From assembly GCA_033442325.1 (NCBI GenBank), contig JAWQFM010000014.1:571312-635311 (forward strand): a stretch of 64,000 nucleotides of DNA, given 5' to 3'. Below the pieces are notes generated by a model, which worked only from the letters and a program-made list of their open reading frames with translations, was not told the origin of the DNA and ran no database searches. Shown here one piece after another: positions 55,000 to 64,000 of this stretch. Position 1 is the first letter of the stretch. Every line of letters starts with the position of its first letter. The translations under genes were made by a program, and so were the position numbers. The stretch is from Salpingoeca rosetta. Lineage: Eukaryota > Protista > Choanoflagellata.

Positions 55000-56346
55000 G
55001 GTGGTGGTGGTGATGGTGTGCGTGCTACAAGCACCGCAGTGGTTATGCGCCACGCTGTCGCAGACTGACCGCCGAACGTCTTTGCAACCCAACGTACATT
55101 TTGCGCTGGCGACGCGGCCGAGAAGGTGCCGGACCTGTGCCCGTGCTGCTTCTGGCGACAGCGGCTTCTCTGCAGTCGAACCGAAGGAAAGCCGGCGGGG
55201 GGGGGGGACAGGAGGTGGGCAAACAGTGTGAACAGCTATGAGGGCGGTCGTGATGGTGGTGATGGTTGGTTGTGTGATGCGATCGTTTGGGAGTCGAGAG
55301 AGTGGTGTGACGCGGCTGACTTGGAAAATAATGCGCACCAGTCAAGACACACACACACAGACACACACACACACAGACACACACACACAGACATACACAC
55401 ACACACACACACAGACGCACACAAAAACACATTCAGAGGAGAGCCTTACGCTTGTAGCGCTGGGGAACCTTATAGTGTGAGCCACTTGATGGCGGCAACA
55501 CCCGCCGCTTGGATGGGGGAGGGGCAGCTACACAACCGCCAGCAAACACGGTAGCAGGACACATGAATATCGTGAGAGCACGCACTGGATTTTCAGGGAA
55601 CATAGCCGGTCCAACAGACAGACAAACATTAGACACACAGGCACACAGGCACACATAGTCACAGACACAAACACACAGATACAAACACAGGCACAGACAG
55701 ACAGCCCGACAAGACGCAAGTGTCCACATCATGACTAACGGGGAAAGGTGCTCAGGTTGCGTTGGTTGTATGGGCGGAGGCGGGTGCGGGACACGTTCGT
55801 TGGACGCGCGGCGCTGTGATCATCTGCATCGCCCTCCAACAGTCTCCTCAGCGTGCTCAGTCCGCTGGCACCACTTCGAACACTGTCCACAGCGCTGCCG
55901 TCGACAGCGGCTGGTTTGGATCGCGTCGAGGTTCTGGCATCGGTGGCGGCGACGGGCGGCTCCGCTGGTCTTGCCTGTGGTCTCCGCTGTTCTTTGTTCG
56001 GTTGCCACTCTTGTTGCAGGACGTTCTCTTTCGCAGGCGCAGCGGGAGCGGGAGCTGGTGGCGCCCGATCTGGGACCACGAGCGGCCGCTGCTGTGGACG
56101 AGGGGTAGGAGGGCCCTGTGCTTGGTGCTTCTGTGGCGCATGCTGCTGCCGCTTTGGCCGTGGTCGGGCCGGCTGCTGCTGTTGTTGCTGCTGTGCTGAC
56201 TTTGATTGTGATGACTGTGCTGGCGGCGATGCAGGGTGCTTGGCGACAGGCTCGGCTGCCTGCGTTGTTGTAGCTGGTGTGTCCGGTGTGGTGTGCTTCT
56301 TGGATTGGCGCTGAATGGCTGGCTGCTTGTTGTGGCCTGCCGCGTC

Positions 56347-56429
<83 letters not shown>

Positions 56430-56676
56430 GCTGTCTTTGTGATTGTTGGTCTTGTTGTTTGTGTCGTGCTTGCTTCATGCCGGCGGCACTGCTGGAGCGC
56501 TCTGGTTTGGTGCTGGCATGGGTGTGCGTTGTCGTTGTCGCTGGCGTGGTCGTCTCGGCCTTGTTCTCACTGCTGCCCTTGTTTACCGACAGCGTCTGCA
56601 GCGCCTTGCCCGCCAGCGGGTTTGGCGTGATCCCGAGCTTGCCCAGGTCAAGCGCCGGCACGGTAGGACGCGACAT
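52681..56676 (-). CDS. SPATA7-like ciliary protein: long disordered N-terminus plus a conserved C-terminal helical block
   Basis: Spliced AVTREILDQGLVTDG|AIQSVFDHHIARNPHIDRTKLFPELRELAEQLG aligns without gaps to the recalled SPATA7 block VTDEILKLGLFSNRFLERLFERHIKQNKHLEEEKMRHLLHVLKVDLG. Internal small exons are uncertain. Confidence 0.65.
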
Positions 56677-56747
56677 TGTCGGGATTTGACGTGAAGGGCG
56701 ACCTGGTGATGACAATGCGTCCAAGTCCCTCGCCCGCATACACGATC

Positions 56748-56801
56748 CAAGCAGCCAAGCAGCCAAGCAGCCAAGCAGCCAAGCAGCCAAGCAGCCAAGC
56801 A
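56748..56801. repeat. 8-bp tandem repeat (CAAGCAGC, about 6.5 copies) upstream of the SPATA7-like start
   Basis: Directly visible. Confidence 0.85.
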
Positions 56802-57179
56802 GAAGCGAGCAAGAAGCGAGCGCACACACCAAGCAACCACAACAAAACAGCGAGCAGCGTCCGTTGCCAGCCACGGTTCACGACACGAAAAAATGCGTCA
56901 TCACGTGTTGTGTGGCTTTTGCCTGTTGTCTTGCTCATCAGTTTCCTTGCTTCTGCTCTTCCACTGCCACGTCGCTCATCGATTTGTGCGTTGGCTCGTG
57001 TGTGCTGGTGTGCGTCCACGTGTGCATGGGGGCCTTGTGGTGGCTGTTGAGAGCGCGCTCAGCGATGCTGGAATCAGCCACAATAGCTGTTGTTGCTGCT
57101 GCTGCTGTTATTGCTTTTTGCTTGCTTGGCCTACCACCGACAAAGACCTATTGTTCTCCCCTCTGTGCGTGTGAATGAA

Positions 57180-57264
<85 letters not shown>

Positions 57265-57510
57265 GTGTGTCTGTGTGTGTGCGTATGTATGTGTGTTTGT
57301 GCGTGGGCTCTTTCCTCTCCGCTTTGCACCCACTACGTCACTCACCAACTCTTACCTGTCTTTTGCCCTATTTCAACACACACACACACACACAGACACA
57401 CACAGACACACAGACACACACACACACACACGTGCGCGCGTTCACCAACAGATCGCGGATAAGAATTATCACACACGCCTGAGACAGCAACAACAAGAAC
57501 AACGGCAACC

Positions 57511-57654
57511 ATGGAGGTACGACAAGAAAAGGCATACTGCTGTGCAAGTTGGAGGAAAATTAGATGCGAACATTGCGTCCTTTGAGGCCACAGACTGCAA
57601 CAAGTGCCGCGACACTTGTCCAACACACTTGTCCCCCCCCCTCTCTGTCACATT

Positions 57655-57700
<46 letters not shown>

Positions 57701-58554
57701 AGGTGTTGCGAGAGGCCATGGCATGGTACGAAAACGCCTCAGCCGAGTTCCGGCTGGACAAGCAAGGGATCGTTTTCTTGGACAAGTACTTTTGGGTCAT
57801 GGCTGGCGTGGCTGCCGCGTACTTGCCAGTGGTGTTCTCCTTGCAAGCGTTTCTGAAGAACCGGGAGCCGCTCAACCTGCGCGCGCTGCTCGTGCTGTGG
57901 AACCTGATCCTCGTCGTCTTCAACCTCTACGTGCTGGTGTACATGGGCCCTGCTGTCATCAAGTGGCTGCGCAGCGGCGACTTCCTGGAACGCATGTGCT
58001 ACATCCCCGAGGACGCCGCACAGGGGCCCGTCGCCATGGCCCTCTTCGCCTTTGCGCTGAGCAAGGTGCCCGAGATGATTGACACGCTGTTCATCGTGCT
58101 GCACAAGAAGCCGCTCATCGTGCTGCACTGGTACCACCACCTGACGGTGATGCTGTACTGCTGGAACATCACGTACGCGCCGTCCGTGGGCACCGGCGGC
58201 GAAGGCGTGCTCTTCTCCGCCATGAACGCCCTCGTGCACGTGATCATGTACACCTCGTACGGGCTCAAGGCCATGCGCTTCCGCCCGCCGGGCGACATGC
58301 TCATCACCGTCATCCAGCTCACGCAGATGGTGATTGGCGCGTACATTGCCGTGTATCGCATTACCAGCTGCCGCGTCATGCGCCCGTGGAACGCGGCTGG
58401 CGGCGTCATCATGTACCTCTCGTACTTCTATCTCTTTGCTGACTTCTTTTACGCCAAGTACATGCGGAAGAGGCCAAAGAAGCCAGCTGCTGCTGCTGCT
58501 GCTGCTGCTGCTCCTGCTGTGAAGACCAATGGCGAGGCAAAGAAGACCAAGTAG
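57511..58554 (+). CDS. Very-long-chain fatty acid elongase (ELO/ELOVL, ELOVL3/6-like)
   Basis: SKVPEMIDTLFIVLHKKPLIVLHWYHH, MNALVHVIMY, ITVIQLTQM, MYLSYFYLFADFF and a C-terminal KKTK ER-retrieval signal. Probable 2-codon first exon (57511-57516), then 57703-58554. Confidence 0.95.
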
Positions 58555-59764
58555 ACCAACAACCAGGATCGGTGTCACGGTGGTGGTGATGGTGGTGGTG
58601 GTGGTGGTGGTGGTGGTGGTGGTGGTGGTGGTGGTGGTGGTGGTGATGATGTTTAGGTTGAAGTGGTGGAGGTGAGGATGAGGGTGCGGGACCGTTATGC
58701 CGTGCTGTCTCGTGATGGTGTGATGTCATGTGGTATCACTTGGTTTGTGCAGTGATTGTTAGTGCGCGCGTGCGTGTACATGTGCTCTGCTGTGTGTGCG
58801 CCCGTGTGTACGTGTGCTCTGGTGCGTGTGCGCGCGCGTGAGAGTGGTTTTTGGTGTCTTGCTTCGTGTTGTTTTGTCGTTTCTTTACCTGCGACTAGCT
58901 GAGCCCCCTTTGTTTCCTTTTAACCCACCTGTGACGCTTGTCTTCATATGGCGTGCGACCATGTGTGCGTGTGCGTGTGCGTGTGCGTGTGCGTGTGCGT
59001 GTGCGTGTGCGTGTGATGTTCTCTCGTGTCCGTGACAGCGATACTTCGTCCCCGCGCATGCGTGTGTGCACATGTATGTGTGTGTGTGTGTTTGTTGTGT
59101 ACATGTATGTGTGTTTGTGCGCGTGTTCGCGTGTCACTTTGAGCCTTCTGTGCTTTTTCTGGCTGTTGACTGCCGCTGCGACAAGCGCGCGTGACTTGTT
59201 CTCTTCGTGTTGAGGGTGTGAGGCGCGTGCTTTGCTCGGGTGATGTGGTTCCCGTCCTTTCATTCACCTCCCCCTGCCATGTTCACCTGGCGAGCCGTGG
59301 CTGGTTTCGTTGCTTGCGTTACGCACGATTGGAAAACCAACACAGCGGGAGGGGTGGTCGGGTGAGCGAGCACCACGAGCATGCGCTGCCGCTGTTTCCA
59401 GCCCCCCTCCCCGCTCTCTACCCACTCTGCGCCTTCACCCCTCTTCCCCTGTCCGCTTTTGTTGCATGTATGTCACCGAATACACGCGCACACGCGAGCA
59501 AGCACTTACAAAGCGTTTATTCGTGCACGTGATGGCATCCAAATGAGGGGAGTGTGCAAGCGAACGCATGTGCTAGGCAACGAATCGAACTGTAACAGGA
59601 GGTGTGTGCATGTGTGTGTATGTGTGTGAGCGCACAGCCGGTCCAACAGACAGACAGACAGACGCAGACACAGACGCAGACACAGACACAGACAGACAGA
59701 CAGACAGACACACACACACACACACGGGCCGGCCGTTTACACGCCGCTGTGGCAGCAGCAGGCG

Positions 59765-60521
59765 TCACTGCTGCTGCGGGTGCATGTTGATGTTGTGCGC
59801 GCGGGAGGGCGGGATCAAAGGAGTGGTGACGCTGGACGATGGCGCGTCAACAAACGATGCGGACACGGGCACGAGGTGCTCCGGTGCCGACGACACCACC
59901 ACGCCGCCGCCGCCGCCGCCATGACCAGATGCCAACACGACAACGTGCTGCTGCTGTTGTTGGTGATGATGCTGCTGTTGATGTTGTTGTTGCCCCTGTT
60001 GCTGCTGCTGCTGCTGTTGTTGGATGGGGACCGCGATGGTTGGCAGCTGTTGGTGTTGGTGCAGCAGTGAGGGCGCCACCGTATACGCGTGGGACGAGGA
60101 CGTCGGCAGCCGAGTCGCATCCAGCAGCGGGTGCTGGTGCAGCTGCTGGCCCAGACGTGACTGGGCATCCTGCACACTCACCACCGCAGGTTGCTGCTGC
60201 TGCTGCTGCTGCTGTTGTTGTTGTTGTTCCTCGACGTCCTGCTGGCTTCGTTGTCGCTGTTCCTGCTCGTGTTGCTGCTGTTCGTGTTGCTGCTGCTGGC
60301 GCGTGGCTGCGTCGTCGTCATGCACGGCCACCAGGCGTGCATCGAGCGGCAGTTGGGACTGAACAGTGGCGGTGGCGGGGGCGGTGGCGGCAAGTGAAGC
60401 ATCGCCGCTGCTTGCATCACTGGTGCCAGGCAGCACGCCCACCACAGACACGGGCTGCCCCGATGGCCACTGCGCCGACGAGAGGGGGTGGCCTGCGGGC
60501 GCAACCACCACATAGTGCACC

Positions 60522-60554
<33 letters not shown>

Positions 60555-60583
60555 GCATGTGTCTGTGCTTGTACATGTGCTTG

Positions 60584-60623
<40 letters not shown>

Positions 60624-60986
60624 GATTGAGTTGCGTTTCCATTGCCACTGCTGGGCGGCGGGGGCGCAGCGCTGCTTGCAGGCACCTGCGCCAACACAAG
60701 CACATTCTGCGGGTTGCTCGTCGCCGTGCTTACAGCCAAGGATGACTGGTGGGTGTGCACGCGCAAGTGTTGCGTGTGTAGATGTGGTTGCGTTTGTCGG
60801 CGAGTGTTTGTGCGTGTGTGTGAGTGAGTGTGTTTGTGCGTGTGTATGCGTGCGTGCGTGCGTGCGCGCGCGCGTGTGTGTGTGAGTGTGAGTGTGTGTG
60901 TGTGTGTGTCGAACCCGCAACCGTGTCCATAGAAGCAAAGCGAGCACACACACGCAAATCATGAACATGACAAGCAGACAACCTTG

Positions 60987-61052
<66 letters not shown>

Positions 61053-61347
61053 GCCGTTACGGCGGTTGATGAGGGAAAGTGTTACCCGACTTTCGTTATT
61101 AACGCCCAGTACCCGGATGACGAACGTTTTGCGTACTCTACGTGCGATCTTCAGAGGTACAGAATGCGACAGAAGCAATATCACTACAGCATGCTAGTCC
61201 ATTGACGTACTCCTATCTTGGGACTTGATCCCTCAAAATTAAACCATGAAGATAGGTAGCGTAGATACTTGGGTCGATATACCAACACGGATGAGTTAGC
61301 AGAATGCAGGCAATTGTCAGTAAGACACACAAACAGACAGACAAACA

Positions 61348-61387
<40 letters not shown>

Positions 61388-62394
61388 TACACAAACACAT
61401 TGGGCAACCTTGTTGCGGAGTGGATGCAGGAGGCGACGCCGTGCGTTGATAAACCAGTTGTTGACTTGCGTCATAGATAGGTTGAACTTGGTTGCCATGT
61501 CTCGCTGTTGGCACACGAACGCAAGCAGTGCCATGCCAGCCGTGGTGAGCAGGAGGTAGCCACCCTCTCAACAAGCAAGAACAACAGCGTGCGTGTGCAA
61601 ATTCACACCCAACGCAACACACGCACACACACACACACATGCACACACGCACGCACGCACATGCGCACTCACACGCACGCACGCACACTCACACACACAC
61701 AAACACACATCAATCAAGGTACCTTCTCCACGTCTGTTGGGTAGGGGTGGTGATGGTGGTCAAACAGCCACGCCTTGAGCATGTTTGTCGTTGACTTTGG
61801 GAGGTTGCTTCGCTTTCGTCTGCGGTCCGAAGCTCCGGTGCCGTCGGTTGATTCTGCCATGGCCTGGGCATGCATTTGTGGTGGTACGTGCTTGGGCGAT
61901 GTTGGAGGGTGATGTGGTTGGTGTGCCTGTAGTTGTGCAGCCGAGAGTTGTTGCGGCTGTTGCGGCTGTTGCTGCTGTTGCGGTTGCTGCTGTTGCAGGG
62001 GCTGTGGAGGGGTTGGTTGTGGGTGGTGCTGGTGCGGAAGCTGTGGTGGGTGCTGGTTGTTGTGCTGCTGCAGTTGCAGTTGTTGCTGTGGATGTTGTTG
62101 CTGTGATGACGGGTGTGGTGGTGCTTGCTGTGGTTGGCTATGAGGAGGGGTGGGACCGGACGCAGAGGTGGGCAGGGTGGAGTCGGAGTCGGATGGAGCA
62201 ATTCTCACGGGGAGGGACAGTCGCACCAGGGGCGGGTCTTCCGTGTGTGTGCTTATTGTGTGTTGTTGAGGAGTGACCTTTGCCATCTTCTGTGGTGGTT
62301 GCTGGGCGTCATCTTCCATGGGTGGTGGTGGTGGCGGTTGGGCGTCGCCAGCGCTGGCAGGCTGGCCTTCGTCTGGAGGCACCGCAGCACTCAT
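59765..62394 (-). CDS. TALE-class homeodomain transcription factor (Meis/PKNOX/TGIF-type, I50)
   Basis: RRKRSNLPKSTTNMLKAWLFDHHHHPYPTDVEK|RDMATKFNLSMTQVNNWFINARRRLL shows the PYP loop and WFIN, flanked by Q-rich regions. Confidence 0.9.
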
Positions 62395-62666
62395 GCGCCT
62401 TGTTCCTGAGAAAGGTGGAGAGGGAGGGAGGTTAGGGGTGGTTGGTTGGTTGGCTGCTGCTGATGGTGGATTGAATTGGCTGTCGTCCCCGTCGTTGTTC
62501 AAAAGGAGCAGGGAAGGTAGTGAGGAAGAAGTGAAGGTTGTGGGAGGAAAGAGGCAAGGGAAGGAAGAGGGCGCACGAGGGCGCACGAGGAGTACTATCA
62601 ACGCCTAGCACGCACGCTCCACACAACACAAGACAAGCAAGCAAGCTGCCTGTAAACCTAGGCAGC

Positions 62667-62731
<65 letters not shown>

Positions 62732-63350
62732 GCCACTGGTAGCGGTTGATGTGAGCCTGCCAACGTGCGTCAACTGGTGGTTGGCGGACCAACAACAACG
62801 AGACAAGTCAAGCAAAGACGTTATTGAGCGCAGAGGACAACACACGTCAAAATAGACAGGTGTGGTGGTTGTCTGCTTCTTGCTTGTTGGCTTTTTGCTT
62901 CTTGGCTTTTTTGCTTGTTGGCTTGCTGCTTTGCCTCTTGTTTCACTTTCTCGCTTTCCTCTGTTGACGCCCCACCTGCGTGTTTTCCAACAGATTGGAA
63001 AGCAATGGTGCGAATCTGTTGTACATCTTGGCAACTTTTCTTGCTTGCAAGTTGAGCTGCCCCGAAACATCACAACAGCAAAAAAAAAAACGGCTGCTTC
63101 TGCTTCGGGTGTCTTCTTGCGTGCCTGATTGCTTGCGAAGTTGGCAACAAGGGGTGTGTCGCCTTGCTTGATTGATGACGAAGCAGCCTTTTTTCGTTTG
63201 TCTGTGGTTTCTGCTTGCATACGCTGACCATTCATTTCTCCTGTCGTTGTGAGAACTCAGAAAGCAAGCGCAAGCACAGCAAAGCAAGCACCTTCTTCTC
63301 CTTCTCCCTTCCAACTCATCAAGCAACGCGCAGCAAAGCAACAAGCCAAG

Positions 63351-64000
63351 ATGGCTTCCTACCGCCCTTCCAAGTCGGGCTCCGACTTGTGCCTGCACAG
63401 TACGTCTGTGATGAGGAGAGGGGAGATGTTGATGGGAGGAGAGGGAGTGGAAGAGGGGGAGCGAGAGAGGTTGCTGTGCTGTTTGTTGGTGGTGATGATG
63501 GGTGTCACGCATGGCAACAGCCAAACAAACAAGCAAACAAGCATATGCGCTCACATGCACACAAGCTACAAGGATACACATACACAAAGGAACACGCAAG
63601 GGTACATGATGCATCCACAACACTCCTCGTAACCCCAATGTTAACCCCATCTTGCCCACGTTCTCCTCTCTCGTCTGGCATGTTGCAGTCGTGTACTCGT
63701 TCTTCCTTCTCCTCACCGCCGTGCTCGGAACCGTGGCCATCGCCTCTCCCTTCTGGCTCACCACCCCCTCTGGACTGACGGGCACCTCCCAGGCCATTGG
63801 CATCGTCTCCTGTGCGTGCTGGAGCCCCTTGTTCTCACACGCTGGGTTCTTTGTGCTGAGCTTGTTTGCTGGGCGTGCGAACGTCGAGTGCCTGGCTTTT
63901 CCCCGCTTTGTTTTGTGATGAGCAAACGTATTGTGTGAGTTGTCGTGAGCTGGCGTGATGTGTGAGCTGGCGTGATGAACACTCTGTTTGCCCAGCTTCT
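63351..64000 (+). CDS. Partial claudin/PMP22/LHFPL-like membrane protein (runs off the window)
   Basis: Exons 63351-63399 and ~63689-63811 give MASYRPSKSGSDLCLHIVYSFFLLLTAVLGTVAIASPFWL...AIGIVS, i.e. TM1 followed by the PxW...G pattern of the claudin superfamily. Confidence 0.55.

Noticed and set aside
56863-56874. Possible X-box GTTGCCAGCCAC upstream of the SPATA7-like gene
   Set aside because: The second half-site is weak; not supportable without conservation data.
61085-61160. Hammerhead-like CUGAAGA...GAAA on the minus strand
   Set aside because: The stem II closing bases do not pair (U/C) and stems I and III cannot be formed.

Overview
Eukaryotic, intron-rich, gene-dense DNA with (GT/CA)n-filled introns and poly-Q/T/D coding tracts. 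The style and gene content point to a choanoflagellate, most likely Salpingoeca rosetta (inference). By splicing exons by hand at GT..AG junctions I reconstruct about 17 protein-coding genes. In order: DNA2, HGSNAT, a degenerate-SH2 protein, an RBM24/38-like RRM protein, a 4xCBS protein, a stand-alone C-Ala-like protein, ODA-DC2/CCDC114, two tandem kinase-less L-domain/malectin/mucin receptors with 12-tyrosine tails, an atypical DYRK/SRPK-like kinase, an unknown coiled-coil protein, a TERB1-like ARM+Myb protein, a SYCP3-like coiled-coil protein, a SPATA7-like protein, an ELOVL elongase, a TALE homeobox gene and a partial claudin/LHFPL-like gene. Best candidates for novelty: (1) a tail-to-tail TERB1-like + SYCP3-like pair with E2F sites upstream of both, i.e. 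animal-type meiotic telomere/axis components apparently outside animals; (2) the mosaic tandem pair of malectin receptors with pTyr-docking tails. Two N gaps (24518-24788, 49764-49863) limit two gene models. Homolog comparisons are from memory and need HMM confirmation; internal exon limits marked ~ are approximate.
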